The position numbers and the translations under genes are program-made. The notes under the pieces are model-generated. The model made no database searches and was not told where the DNA came from. It saw nothing but the letters and a program-made list of their open reading frames with translations. Of a DNA stretch of 64,000 nucleotides, positions 15,601 to 33,975 are shown piece by piece. Position 1 is the stretch's first letter; each line of letters opens with the position of its first letter. The DNA is from the human T2T-CHM13v2.0 reference genome, Homo sapiens, in NCBI RefSeq assembly GCF_009914755.1, contig NC_060929.1. One strand, given 5' to 3'.

Positions 15601-17249
15601 GAGGTTGAACATCTTTTCATATATTTATTGATTATTTACTTTCTACGACTTACACATTCCTATTCTTTGCCCGTTTTTCTATGACAGTTTCTTTTTGTAT
15701 TCGTTTATAGGAGCTCTGTCTGTATTTAGGAATCTCTACTTTATCAGTTTGTATGAATGTCCGTTATCTTCTCCAGTCTATAGCCTACCGTGTCTCTTTC
15801 TTTATGAACAGAAGTTCTTACCTGAGGAAGTAAAATCTATTAGTCTTTGTCTTTATGATCTTTATTCTTAGTGCTTTCGGTGTCCTGTTTAAATCATCTT
15901 TCCTATCTTTTGATCCATGAGGGAAGGACTTTGTCTTGTTTGCTCTTGTATCTTGGGCAATACTAGGTCTCAGTATGTATTTGTTGAATAAGTTAATTTC
16001 TAATAATATTTACCTTTTTCTTTTTTTTCTGTGTAAATGTTGTCAAAAGTTTGTCTTTTATTAGACTTTTAAATGACTAAACATGTGACTTTGCTGATCC
16101 TTTCTATTTTTGTTTATTTTATTAATTTTTGTTCTTCACTGTTTCCTTCAACTTTTTTGGAGTTTATTCTGTTTTTTCCCCCTTTTCTTTATTTTAAGCA
16201 TTTATTTTTAATTGAAGTAATACAAGCATTTAATGAAACTGTATGAGGTTTGTGGTGAACAATGGTGGCTCTTTCCCCCCACTTCCCCATTTTCCCCTCT
16301 CTAGAAGTAGCCACTCCCTCTTCTTTTAGCTGATTATTTGATATATTTGCTTCCATTTCTGCAAGTGACATGTTTGTGTTGCTACCTCTTGACTTTTCAG
16401 TTTTAGACATGTATTGAATTCTTTCTATATGAAGTGAGGCTTAAACTCAGCCCCTGCCCCTTCAGTGACTCCTGCTTGTTGGATTTCCATTCGCTGTCCT
16501 CTCGGTTGTAGTGTAGCTTTGACTTGGTCAGTAGTCAATGTTTACATTCTTAAACACTAGTCATAACTGAGCTGTGTCGGAAATTATGACCACTTTTGCT
16601 TTCCTAAGCAATGTATTCCTAGAATTCATTGGTTCTTAGTTTAGTTTATATTGATCATTAATTTGATCTCATTATTTCTCTCATTGTCTTCATCTTTTCT
16701 GGAGCCTTCTGACCTCCATTCTAGAAGGCTTGGCCTTCTGCATCTGGTGCCCAGCTGGCATCCTGAGAATCCCCTTCTATCCTTGGCCGTTCACTACGCT
16801 GTTCACTGTGTCTCGTGTCTTCTTTCGTGGTTTGCTCTCTCCTTTTGGTGGCATACATCTCCTTGTAGCTTCCTCAGGAAGAATGCAAGGAAATGCATAT
16901 TTTCTACCCTAGCCTGTCTGTAGATGTCTTTTTTACTCCCTGACACTTTATGGATCATTCAACTGGATAGAATTCAGCACTGGAAATCATTTTCCTTCAG
17001 AAATTTGACATTACTCCATTGTTTTCTGGACCTCAGGCTGCTGTTAAGAAATCCAAAATCACTCTGTTTCTTAATCATTTGTAACCTGTTTTTCCTCTCT
17101 GAAAACTTGCAAGATTTTCTCATTTACTCCAGTGATCTTAAATTTCCCAGTGATGTTCCCTACTGTGGTTCTATTTTTATCCACTGAGCATTGGTGAGCC
17201 TTTGGCTGAGCATTTAGTGAAACTTTCCGTCTAAAATTCCTGCCCAACC

Positions 17250-17585
<336 letters not shown>

Positions 17586-19907
17586 TTCCTGCCCATTGAC
17601 TCTAGGACATTTTCTCTATTATTGTTTGATTTCCACCTTCAGTTTTTTTCTTTTTCTCTTTGTGGAATACTTGATACTAATAATGGACACCCTAGATTGG
17701 TCTTCTAATTTTCTTATTATCAAAATTCTCATCTTTTATGCACTTTGGTGTATGTGCTTTTTGACAGGTTTCCACAACTTTGTCTTCCAACTCTTCTACT
17801 GAGATTTTAAAAATAATTCTTACTCAGCTTCATCAGATTACAATTACATGGAATAAAATTCACCAATTTGAAGTGTAAAATTTGATCAGTTTTGACAAAT
17901 TTATACAATTTGTAGCCATCACCAAATCAAGGAAGACAACATTTTTCTTATGCCCCAAAGTTCTGTCTTACTCCTTTGCTGTTAATTCCTTCCCCTGCCC
18001 ACAGGGCCTGGCAGCGACTAACCTACTTGCTGCCACTGCGAGTACCCCTCTCCAGGATTTCATGTGAATGGAGTTGCCCAGTGCGTGCTCTTTCTGTCTG
18101 GCTTCTTTACTGGCATGATGTCTTTGACACTCATCCCTGTTGTTTCACATGTCAGCAGTTCCTTGCCATTGCTGAGTAGCCTCCCACTGTATGGATGTAC
18201 CACGGTTTGCTCATCCATTCATCACCAGTGAGGATTTGAGTTGCTTTCAGTTTTGGGCTAAAGCCACTATGAACATTCTTGTGTAAGTTTTTGTGGATAG
18301 TTTACATGGTTTTTTGTGGGCATATGTTCTCATTAGGGTAATTGCCTAGGAGTAGGATTGCTGGTTGTATACTAAGTGTGTGTTTAACTCCGTAATAAAC
18401 TGTGAAACTATTTTCAAAGCAACCATTCCATTCTGTATTCCCACAGCCATGTATATGGGATCTATCTGGTTGCTTCTTATTGCACTGGTTAGGACCTCCT
18501 GCACAAAGTTGAGTAGGAGCTGTAGTGGGGTGGCCTTGCCTTCTTCCCTGTCTTAGTGGGAAAGCATTCAGCCTTTCACCATCAGTATGATGTTAGCAGT
18601 AGGCTTTTTGTAGACGCTCTTTATTAGGTTGAGGAAGTTTATGCCCATTTCTGGTTTGATGTGAGAGTTTTATCACAAATAGATACTAAATTTTTGTCAA
18701 TTGTTTTTCTCAGTCCTTAAGATGATGCTGTGGTTGATAAAATGAATTACATTGGTTTTTAAGGACCAAGTCAAAGTTGTATTACTGGTATAAGCATAAC
18801 TTAGTCTCAACTTACTATCCTTTTTAAGTATTGCTGAATCAAATTTGTGAACATTTTGTTAAAGAGTTTGCATTGATATTCATGAGTGATATTAGTCTAT
18901 AGTTTCCTTTCCTTATAACATCTCTGTCTCTGCTCTCAGAGTAATGTTAGTCTCACAAAATGAATTGGGAAATTTCTCCTTCTGTTTTCTGGGAAAATTT
19001 GTGTCAAAATGCTGTTATTTCTTTATTAAATATTTGACAGAACTAGTGAAGTCTTCTGGGCCAGGAGCAGAAGACTTGTGGGACAGTTTTAAACTGCAAA
19101 TTCAGTTTCTGTGGCTTTCTTCTCTTTGGTGGCTTACAGATTGTAGCCATGGCCTTCCCAAACCCTGATCTCTGTGCCCTCAATTTATTGAGACCCCTGG
19201 GCTCTGTTTTGCTCCTGTGCCATGACCTGGAGTCTGCCTCCAGGGACTAAACTGGGGCATCTGTAGGTCTTACCTGGCTTGTTTCCCTTCTCTCAGGAAC
19301 CACTGTCCTCCACCACATTTGTCATTTACCTCAAAACAGTCATTTCCTACTTTTTTCTGGTTTTCTAATTGTTTACAAAAGGAACTCTATTTTGTTTTTG
19401 AATCCTCTAATCATTTTTGATTTCCAAGAACTCTTGTTTCTCTGAATATTGCCTTTTTCAAAAATAAGCTCTTATTCCTGTTTTACAGTTAAAATATCTT
19501 ACATTTAAAGATAATGATTTTCAAAGACATTTTCTTCTCCCATCATTGGGTCCGTTTTCTCTAGTTTTCTGTTTGATGATTTTGGTATTTCTTTCTTGTG
19601 AGAAGCTTTCCTCAGTTACAGCTAGTAATCCCTCATTGCCTATCCAGGCAGTGGGAAGACTAATGTCCTTTTTGGACGTTCTGGGTAAGTGGGGCTTCAG
19701 TCTTCAACACAGTTCTCCGGCCCCAACACAGTTCTCCCGCCCCAGGCATCTTCCGTCCAGAGCAACTTTGTTTTGCTCTCCTGAAAAGAAAAAAAAAAAA
19801 AAAAAAAGCCTCAAGTCTTTTGCCACATTGAGAAAGGGCAAATCCCCCAGTTCCCTTGAGTTGGGAAAAGGATGGGAAGAGGATCTGGGCACCTAAGGTC
19901 AGGGTAA

Positions 19908-20442
<535 letters not shown>

Positions 20443-20524
20443 CAGTCTTTCTTATTTTATTCGTCCTAACTTCCACTTCGAGATAAAATTGATGGGACCA
20501 ATTCTTGAAACTTTAGGTGATTGA

Positions 20525-20904
<380 letters not shown>

Positions 20905-22875
20905 CCAATGTAGGTAGGGGTAGGTCTCCTTAATTTAGCCTACCCTGAAGTGACCTGGGACCCAGTGAGTGTGCCTGAGTTGCTCACACCAGAGTGCTCT
21001 TTTGTACTGCAGGCTAAATCAGTGCCAGTAAGACCAGTCTTACTGAACTGGATTAATTCACACCTCAATTAATTTTCAGTGTGGTCAAACCAGGATGCAT
21101 TTGACTCCCCTCTTGGTAAACTCTATTTGAAGATGAGTGTTATCATGTAATATAAAATATTTAAAAAGTCAAATAATTACCCTCAAAAAATATTTCAAGT
21201 CATGTATTCTCTTATACATAGATGATGTGTTTTTAATCACAATCAATAAAAGGTTTTAATAGATGTCAGTATCCAATAGCTGATAGAAAAGAAAGCTAGA
21301 AATTGGTGTTTTTATTATTTTTGAAAGCCGTCCCCTAGATTTTTTAAAGCAAACTTTTTTGAAGTTTATACAGAAACTGTTTTCTATATACATCTTTATA
21401 CTAAAAGTACATAGATCATAAATGTCCAACTCAGTGAATTTTTACTGTTTAAATATATCTGTGTAGTCAGCACTCACATCAAGAAATAGAACGTTACCAG
21501 CACCCCTTGTAACCACCCAGTCCCCTCGCAGTTTCTTTTGTCGTAAAGGTAACAACTACTCTGGCAATAGATTTGTTTTGCCTGTTTTTAAACTTTAAAT
21601 CATACAGTATGTACTCTTTTGTGTCTGGCTTCTTGCTTTCAACAGTATGTCTGAGATTCATCCTTGTTGTCACTTGGAACAATAGTTGGTTCATTCTCAT
21701 TGCTATATAATGTTTCGCCATATAAACCTGTCATTATTTGTACATTTTACTGTTGCTAGACATTTGGTTTATTTCTAGCTTAGAGCTATTACGAATAGTA
21801 CCATTATGAACATTTCTTCTGCAACTTTTAGAAAACATAGGTACACATTTTCCTTGATTAAATAGCTAGGAGTGCTATGATTATGCATATGCAAACTCTA
21901 ACAGACAGAGCCAAATAGTTTTCCGAAGTGGTTATACTAATTTATACTCCTACCGGCGAAATGCAAGGTTTCCATATCAACTCTTATACACGTAGTATTA
22001 TCGTTACAAAAGGTTTTCTACCATTCTAGAGGATGTATGGTTATAACTGAAGTTGATCTTCTTACTTTTAGAATTTCAATACCCTCTTTTTTAAAGTATC
22101 TATACATCTTTGCCCCACTTTTATTTTGTTGTCTGATCTTTTGTTATTGGCTTATAGGGCTGTATATTTGAAATGCAGAATCTTGTCATATATATGCAAA
22201 TATTGTTTCCCACTCTGGATAATGATGTCATCTGATAAATAGAAATTCTGAATTTTGAGATACCTGAATTCATCAGAGGTCTTTTTTTTTTTCTTTTTCT
22301 GCCTATGGTTAACGCTTGTTGTGTTCTATTTAGGACATCTTAAGCACATGAAGATCTGTGTTTTCCTATAGTAGCTGTAGTATTTTGTCTTAAATACTTG
22401 AGTCTACAGTCCATATGGAAGATTGATTGCTCATTATTTTCTATAGGGGTATCCAGTTGACCCAGGATCACTTGCTAGAAAGACTGCCTTTTCCCCCATT
22501 GTACTGCACTGTCACCTTTGTCATATATGAGGTGACTGCATGTACGTGGGTCTCATTCCGGGTTCCATAATCTGTTCCATTGGTCTGTTTGCATACAGAT
22601 TTGTTTCTGGACTCTATTCTCTTTCATTCTTTCTGTCTAATCTTGTGCCAACACAACATTGCTTTAGATTACTCGAGCATTATAATAAGCCTTACACTTG
22701 CTGACGTAAATTCTCCAGTTTTGTCCTCTTCTTTTAGAATTTTAGAATTGGCTATTCAATTTTCACAAAATTCCTGCTGGAATTTTGATAAGAATTGGGC
22801 TGAAAGTGTAGACTAATGGGGGACAATTGAGAATTTGAGGTCAAATGTGTTTATTGGGTTGTTGAGATCATTTCC

Positions 22876-23817
<942 letters not shown>

Positions 23818-24157
23818 GCCCATTCCTTTTCTTAATGGTTTGATTTCTGAGTCATTGAGGGTGCCATATGAACATTTTTCACTATGATTATTGATTTATC
23901 TATTTTTCCTTTTTATTCTATTTTTACTTTATACATTTTTAAAGTTATGTTGTGTGCATACAAATGAAAATTTGTTGTATGTTCCTGGAGAATTGACCCT
24001 TTTGTCTATATAAAATACCTTAAAGTCTGTTTTCTCCAATACTGTGTGATTTGTCTGATATTAGTATGGGTATAGCACCTTCCTTTTGTATGATATATCC
24101 TTTTTAATTATTTTATTATTTCAGTGTCTATATTTTTGGTATTTCTTTTCTAAATGA

Positions 24158-24490
<333 letters not shown>

Positions 24491-24773
24491 CACAATCTTA
24501 GTTTTTAAAAATAACTTAGGTAAGTTACTATGTATGGGATTTTATATCTACTATCCTATTATTTATTTTATATTTCACTTACTTGCTTTAAATTCCTTGT
24601 CCTTTTTTCCTTCCATTGGATTAAATACTTTTATTGTGCCATTTTCACTCTGTATTAGCTTGTTAATTAACCTTCTTTACTTAGTCTTTTATTGTTAATA
24701 AATAAAACCAGCTTATTACTGTCCAAAATAAATTTTTACTTTTAATAAAATTAAAATTATTGTTACAATCTTA

Positions 24774-25110
<337 letters not shown>

Positions 25111-26864
25111 CTACCTTTATTTTTGCTATGTATTTTAATTCCACATATATTTGCAATCCATTAAGACATTATAATTATTGTCTCATATAATCAATTGTAT
25201 TTTTGCTTATCCATATATTTAACTTTTCCATTGCTTTTCATGCCTTCTTACATTTTCATATTTCCACATGGAATTATTTTTCTTCTGCCTGGAACACATC
25301 TGTGTTTCTTTTAATGTAGATCTGCTGGTGACACCATCTCTGTTTTTATTTGTATGGAAATATCTACTTCATGTTTAATTTTTAGAGATATTTTCTCTGT
25401 GTGTTGAATTCTAGCTTGACAGTTCGGTTCTTTCACCGCTTCAGATGTTACTTCATTGTCTTCTGGGTTCCATTGTTTTCATTAAGACACTGCCAGTCTT
25501 AGTTTTGCTTTTTCAAAGGTAGTGTATCATTTGTTTTTTTCAAGCAACTTTCAAGGTAATCTTCAGTTTTCAGTAGTGCCTAGCTGAGGTGCCTAGGTGA
25601 ATTTTCTTTGTAGTTATCCTTGGAGTTTATAGCCCTTCTCAGAGTTCATTTTTCAACCTTTTTGTTTTTAAATAATGTTTAGTTTTTTAGCCATGTTTTA
25701 CTATGGATATTTTCTGCTTATGTATTTTTGTAGCTCACTATTCCTCTTTTCTGCTATATTTGATATCTTGTTAAAGACTATTGAATTCATAATTTTGGTT
25801 ATTGTATTTCTCAGTTCTAGAATTTCCATTTGATTATTTGGTTCCAATTCTTTGTTGTAATTCTCATTCCTGTTTCCTTGAACATATTAATCACAGTTAT
25901 TTTAAGGTTCACGTCTGATAACTCTGGTATCTGTGTTCTACGGTTCTTTTTCTATTGTCTGTTTTTCCCTCTTCATTGAATTTCTTAGCACAGCTGGCCT
26001 TTTTTATTGTATCCCTGACACTATATGTGAAGGAGAGCAGAGGCTCTAGATGTTGTTCTTCCAGAGAAGATTTAACTTCCCTGGTAGCAGCTAGAGTGCA
26101 AGCAAACCATCTTAGTCCAGCCAAGGCCTGTAATAGCTGGAGGTTGGTCACAATATTTGTAAAGCTATGTCAACTGCTCATTTGCCCGTACTACTAGTTT
26201 TGTAGCCCTGCAGGAGTCCCGGCTGAGAGCTTCACATGTTATTATGACCTCTCCTTGGAAGGTCCTGGTTCTGTTGTACTAAAAGACTAGAAAATTCTGG
26301 ATTTCTGCTTAACTTTAATCTTTTGCCCTGTAAAGCTTAAGAATTCAATAAAATGTTTGAGTAACAAGCCACTGAGTATTGGGATCACCTCTCTATATTT
26401 TCATTCTCTCCCAAATATTAGACTATAAAGTCTGCCTGGGTGACATCTGATGCCTTCAGACAGATAACTTTTTCCAATTCAGATTTTCTAGTTGTTTTCT
26501 GCAGAAATGTTAGTCTGCCACAGTCTACTCTATTTGGGCCAGAAGTGGAAGTCAGTCCTTAACATTTTGACATTTGGCAATACCGATGTTTAACTTTGAC
26601 CATTCTTTGTTTTGAACAAGGATATATTATTCTGAGCTCAACAGGATTTTAGTCTTGAAATGTGCCTGTTTACCTTTCTTTTCCTAGTAAGTAAAGAGGT
26701 TTGTTTCTTTGATTCTAAAATGATACCAGGAGTGCCTTTTTGTAGAAGATTTTCTGCAGCGAGTGGGAAAAGGAGGTAATAAGGATGGCTTGTTCTTGAT
26801 GGGATTTCTCGTGAATTCTGCATCGTCTGTGTTTGGAATCTAGCCCTTAGTTTTACATTTTAGG

Positions 26865-26951
26865 CCCTCTCCTGTTTGCCCTGAGAATACTTGCCGGCAG
26901 TGCTTGCAGCTGCAGCGTTTATCCTGAGATAACTTTGCCACAAAATATCTC
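26865..26951 (+). mobile_element. MER75-like (piggyBac MITE) terminal fragment
   Basis: CCCTCTCCTGTTTGCCCTGAGAATACTTGCCGGCAGTGCTTGCAGCTGCAGCGTTTATCCTGAGATAACTTTGCCACAAAATATCTC matches the MER75 5' end as I recall it. Confidence 0.7.
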
Positions 26952-27368
26952 ATGGCACATTTCCCTCCCATGGGTGTCACATTATTCATATGGGTTTGGA
27001 GACATTGCTTCCTCACAAGCAATAGGAGGTCCTTATTTTTTTAGTAGATATGAGCATTTCACACAGCCTGTACAGCGGCCTAGCTTTTTATTATTCATCT
27101 GAATGCTCAAATGAGCCTATATCTTGATTTTAGTATTCACTCTAGAGTCAAGGTTTTTCCTACCAAGTGTCGACTACTATTTTCAGCAGTTTCTTTAGGC
27201 CACATCTGGCTGGCTTTAAAAATCATCTCATTTGAATCGACAGGGTACTTTTCTTCTTGTCTGTTAGCATCATGTGGTCTTTATCAGGTTTTTCTTTTTT
27301 TTGAGGCTTAGAAAATCAGATAACTTCTCTATTATCACAAAGAAAATATGTGTTGTACTCAATTCTAA

Positions 27369-27675
<307 letters not shown>

Positions 27676-27911
27676 CACCTGTGACTTCTAAGATCATGCT
27701 TCCAAGCTCTCCTGCCTCATACATTATACATGAGATCAACCCCTGCTGTAGTCCTCTGTTCACCCCTCTTTTCTGTCCTTTCTTGTTGTTACTTCAGAAA
27801 ATCTTCAAACTTGAAATCTTTCTGTTAGCATTATGAAGAGGCTCGTCATCTTGCCCCATCCAAATGTTTTGCTAGGGTAAAACAGACATTTTTATTTTTA
27901 ATGTCTTTCAG

Positions 27912-29230
27912 ACTGGATGACTATGCCTGCCAGTAAGAAATCTACTGTCAAGGCAGAGATTCCTGAAGAAGAATTGGATCAATGGACAATAAAGGAAAGA
28001 TTCAGTAGCAGTAGTCACTGGAAGTGTGCTAGCCTGCTGGAGTGGCAATGTGGAGGCCAGGAGATCAGTTTGCAGCGAGTGGTACTCACTCACCCCAACA
28101 CCCCATCACAGGAATGTGATGAATCCGGGAGCACTATGAGCTCATCTCTTCACAGTGCTCAAAGTCAGGGATTTCAACCTAGCAAAAATGCCTTTGAGTG
28201 TAGTGAGTGTGGAAAAGTCTTCTCTAAGAGTTCAACTCTTAATAAACATCAGAAAATTCATAATGAAAAAAATGCAAATCAGAAAATTCATATTAAGGAG
28301 AAAAGATATGAATGTAGAGAATGTGGGAAAGCCTTTCACCAGAGTACGCACCTTATCCATCACCAAAGAATTCACACTGGCGAGAAACCCTATGAATGTA
28401 AGGAATGTGGCAAGGCCTTCTCAGTGAGCTCCTCACTTACGTACCATCAGAAAATTCATACTGGAGAGAAGCCTTTTGAATGCAACTTATGTGGAAAAGC
28501 TTTTATCCGAAATATACACCTTGCCCATCATCATAGAATACATACTGGAGAGAAACCTTTTAAATGTAACATTTGTGAAAAAGCCTTTGTGTGCAGGGCA
28601 CACCTTACCAAACACCAGAATATCCACAGTGGAGAGAAACCCTATAAATGCAATGAATGTGGAAAAGCCTTTAATCAGAGTACAAGTTTCCTTCAGCATC
28701 AGAGAATTCACACTGGAGAGAAACCCTTTGAATGTAATGAATGTGGGAAGGCCTTCAGGGTGAACTCTTCCCTTACTGAACATCAGAGAATTCATACTGG
28801 AGAGAAACCTTATAAATGTAATGAATGTGGGAAAGCTTTCAGGGATAATTCATCCTTTGCACGACATCGGAAAATTCACACTGGAGAGAAACCTTACAGA
28901 TGTGGCTTGTGTGAGAAAGCCTTTCGGGACCAATCAGCACTAGCCCAACATCAGAGAATTCATACTGGGGAAAAACCTTATACATGTAACATATGTGAAA
29001 AAGCCTTCAGTGACCATTCAGCCCTTACCCAACATAAGAGAATTCATACTAGGGAAAAACCTTACAAATGTAAAATCTGTGAGAAAGCCTTTATCCGAAG
29101 CACTCACCTGACTCAACATCAGAGGATTCACACAGGAGAGAAACCCTATAAATGTAATAAATGTGGGAAAGCTTTTAACCAGACTGCAAACCTCATTCAG
29201 CATCAGAGACATCATATTGGAGAGAAGTGA
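27912..29230 (+). CDS. ZNF454: ZNF454 final exon: spacer plus 12 C2H2 zinc fingers
   Basis: TTTCAG|AC acceptor in phase 1; 12 CxxC...HxxxH fingers, mostly TGEKP linkers; TGA at 29228-29230. Spliced CDS is 33+127+90+1319 = 1569 nt = 522 aa. Confidence 0.97.
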
Positions 29231-29406
29231 TATGAATGCAGTTTGTATGGAAGACCTTTGAGACTGAGTAGATGAATTATTGAATGTGAGATAATCCGTT
29301 CTAGAGAATAACTATGAAAGCTTGCATCAAGATAGTCACTTTATTTACTGAGGGTCAGGTTTCACAGTGTCATGGGGTTTGGGCATTTAAGAATGGCAAA
29401 CACTCG

Positions 29407-29785
<379 letters not shown>

Positions 29786-29815
29786 TCAGAACCAAAATGG
29801 AGCTTCATTAACAGC

Positions 29816-29880
29816 ATTAAAAAATTGGTTTATCAAATTACATTTTGACTATTAGAGAAACTGAAATTGTAAAAATTAAA
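29816..29880 (+). terminator. Candidate ZNF454 poly(A) signals (ATTAAA at 29816 and 29875)
   Basis: Variant hexamers just downstream of the 3'UTR Alu; usage not verifiable. Confidence 0.4.
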
Positions 29881-30895
29881 GCTGAAAAGCAAAGGAACAA
29901 AAAGGTAAAATGGCCTACGAGCGTTGCACTCTACTAGATTCTCTTACATAAGAGAGTTGCCAGCTTTAATGGAAGCCTTAGTCCTCTCCTCACCCACACC
30001 ACCGACACCCAGTGTAGAGAAAGTACGTCACCCACACTTATTTAAACCATGCTTCCTGCCTTTTGCTTCAAACCATCCATTGTCAGATCTCTCTGGTCTG
30101 TCTGCTGGCTTCATCCCTGTAGAATCCCTGTGAGACGATTCATTTGCCCCAAATGACCCTCTTCTGACTTAGCAACGCCTAACTGTCTGCATGGTGCCAC
30201 CTATCACTGCCCCTATGGGGAGTGTGGTGGTCTGGTCTCAGACACAGTCCATGATGTTGAATATCACACCCAAATCCAGCCTTCAGAACTTGGTATCTCT
30301 GTCCAGAAGGCACAACTTGATCAAAATTCTTGAGTTATGCATTTCCTCTGGGCTTCAGCTTGACTGATCCTGGGATGGCACCTGAAGGAGGGGCTTTGCC
30401 TGTGCCGCCTTTACCCTCCAATTGTTCTGTACTTAGTGACTCTACACATCAGTCAGGGACTTGCTCAGCTTCAGGTGCAATGATCCCACCCACTTACGTT
30501 GTACTATTCCCAGTCACCTCCATCTGTCGCTGCCCATTTCTCTATGTGCAATTGATATAAGAGGTGAAAGCCCCAAGGCCAGTTCTCAGAATGCTCTGAC
30601 CCACTCTCTTCCCCTGGCTGTACAGTCCACTGTGTCCACTGCATTAGAGTACATTTACTACTCCCAGGATAAACTGCTGCATCCTGGTCCTTCCCCTGCT
30701 TTTTCTAGGTTTCTGGAGGTAGTAATTCTATATTCATAGGAAAGCAGACAGCTTTGAATTTCTGCTTTTGCATTTGGAAGTGGTCATTTCCTCTCCTCCA
30801 TCTGGGCCTTCCACTATTTAAAGACTCATGCTGACAGTGGTGAGAAAAATGTTGAGTAATTCCATGAGTCAAGAAGTGGTCACTAGCACCATTGA

Positions 30896-31308
<413 letters not shown>

Positions 31309-31361
31309 TTAATCCTTCAGTGCTTTCAGTAGAAATCACACAGATAAGTAACATCTGTGCA

Positions 31362-31362
<1 letters not shown>

Positions 31363-31402
<40 letters not shown>
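31363..31402. repeat. (CA)20 microsatellite
   Basis: Uninterrupted CA run. Confidence 0.97.
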
Positions 31403-31403
<1 letters not shown>

Positions 31404-33804
31404 CCTCTGAGGGCCCTCTCCCTTTTCCTACCACAAGGAATGGAGGAGCCTTCACTACTGCAAGCTGGAATATATCATGCAGTGAAGATGGGAGGCCAAG
31501 CAAATTTTTCTGGAAAGTGAAGTGGCAAGTTCCTGGTATGTGGAAGTGCTGTCCGTCAAGTTGAGCAACCCCCTGACCCCTCAGAATGGAGCACCTCGCC
31601 CCCATGTTACAGAAGAGGATATTCTATATCATGGTAGAACTCAGTGGGCTCTGGGTTGCAACATAGACTTGGAAGCTTCCAGCAGCTTCAAAGTCCAAGT
31701 AATCTAAATTCAGCCTTCATCTAATAAAGGCCACCTTTGTGGGCCAGCATCTCCTGTTAGCTGATCAGCAACTCAGACTTTCTTCCCTATTAAGCTGCAT
31801 GTGAAGCAGTATTTCAAGAGGTTTCTTGGGATTGCTTGTGTCCCATGTCCTCAGAAGTTCATCTGCAGCTTCACGCAGCTGACACCCTCAGATTCCAGAG
31901 TAAACCTGAAAAAACCACGTTCACTGCTACAGATGTCTGTCTTCACCCCATCCATGTAATGTGCCAGGTCTTAACTACCACCCCCTTACCTTGAATCCCT
32001 GAGAAGCACGTTTCTAAGCTGAGTTGGTTGGTGGTTTTGTCTATCTGTAATGAACGCATGAGAACTACCACTACTTGGTATGTGCCTACCGTTGAGCCAG
32101 GACCAAGGCCTGCAGCCACTTGAGTCTCATTCACCTCAGCCGCGGCTCCAGGAACTAGCGTCAGCGGCATTAAGTGCAGGCTGAAGGCCCCCATCTGAGA
32201 AGACAGTGCACTCTCCCTGAGTTCGCCTCTCATCAGGCTTGGGTTTTCATGAAATCAGTCCTCCGAGATGCCTGTTCACTCATCCCTGTCTGGAAAGGCA
32301 AAAAGTACGTCACTGGCCTATTAGATACGCCCAGGCTGACTTGAATATATTGATGGTACTAGTACTTGGCCAGGCAGTGGCTTTACTGTATTACACTGTA
32401 GGATGACGAGCTCACTGCACGGCCTTCTCGACTAGGGGAGGGGACACTGCCTGAGTCCCAGGCATACTTTTCTCACGTGGATGATACTGCTCTCTACCTG
32501 GGCATTCTCACCTGCCCCAGCTCAACCCCTAAAAGTACATTTCTGAGGACCCTGCAGTAAGACTTTTTCAGCCACAGTCTTCTCTACCAGCTGATCTGTG
32601 TGGTGTTAGACATTTCAGTACTTACTGAGAGGGAGTTTTCTGTGCCCCACCTTCAGCTGGGTTAATCCCCAAAGAACCAGTGTTTCCTAGAAAGAGCAGT
32701 TCATTCCATACCTTGCTCTTGTAGTCCTAATGGCCATGTCGACATACCCAGCTGTGACAAGATGAAGGACCACGATTTGGGACTCTTCAGGGACAGACTT
32801 GGCCACCTGGTGATGTGCCACCTTCAGCAGCTCTGTCTTCACACGTCCAGCCTGCGCCTGCTTCATGTAGTACACAAGACTGCTCTGGTACACCACGACC
32901 ATGACCTTCACATGAGGCCAGTCTCCCCGCCCCTCACCTGGGCCATAGAAAAAGGTAAGAGCCTGAGAAGCAGCTCCTGGCCTCTCCTCCCACCTCGGAG
33001 CCTTCCGAGACCCATCACAGTGCCAGCTCCACTCTGCCCAGTTTGAGAAGGGAATTGGCATCTAGACTGATAGGTTCTTCATTTCTATGGGCTTCTGGGA
33101 ACAGCCACTGAAACTGCCTCCTTGTTACCGAAAAAAAACAGTTGCTTTGGATTTCCCCTTTCAGATTCCTCTGCCCATCTCCTGCCGGGTGCCCCTCATC
33201 TCCAGCTGACTGATTTGTCATCTGGGTTCTTTCTCCCTGCCTGCCTGTTTGCCTGGCTTTGACAGCGCCCTCTCTAAGACGTTACCTTCCTCCATATTCA
33301 CTAACTGCTTCTAGAACAGCATTTGTCCCTGCAGCAGACTCAGGCTTCCAGGTTACTGTGGCCGAGCCTCAGAGTCTTGGAACAAAATTGCTTTAAACTG
33401 AGTGCTTTTGATGGAGAAAACAATTTAATTCAAAATTAATCCAAGAACGCCATAGCCTCCCCCTATCTGATTCCTCTCCTTTCCTTCGCTCTTTGCCCCA
33501 CCCTCCCCTGTAGCACTGGCTTAGTCGGCAGTACAACATGGAGACGTCAATCTCTCACCCCCATCTGTGTCGCAGTGGGAGGGCTCCCTGCTTCTTGGCC
33601 CACCTCAACTCTTGCTAAATATATCTTTGGCAATTTAAATATTTTTGTAACAGTTTGTGAAGGGAAAAGAACGCAAGGCTTGGTTGTTTCTGATCACTCA
33701 AGGACCTCTCGGCGGTGCTGATGGTCCTCTGCAGGTGCCAGCACTGGGTGGTACTCACACTCCCTGTGTTCCGTCTGCCACCCTGTGTACCACATGTCAC
33801 TGTC

Positions 33805-33975
33805 TTTTTTTTCTTTCTTTCAAGCGATTCTCCTGCCTCAGCCTCCCAAGTAGCTGGGATTACAGGTTCCCACCACCACGCCCGGCTAATTTTTGTATTT
33901 TTAGTAGAGACGGGGTTTCACCATGTTGGTCAGGCTGGTCTTGAACTCCTGACCTCGTGATCCACTTGCCTCAGC
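33805..33975 (-). mobile_element. Partial Alu (internal part only)
   Basis: TTCAAGCGATTCTCC...GTGATCCACTTGCCTCAGCC. Confidence 0.85.
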
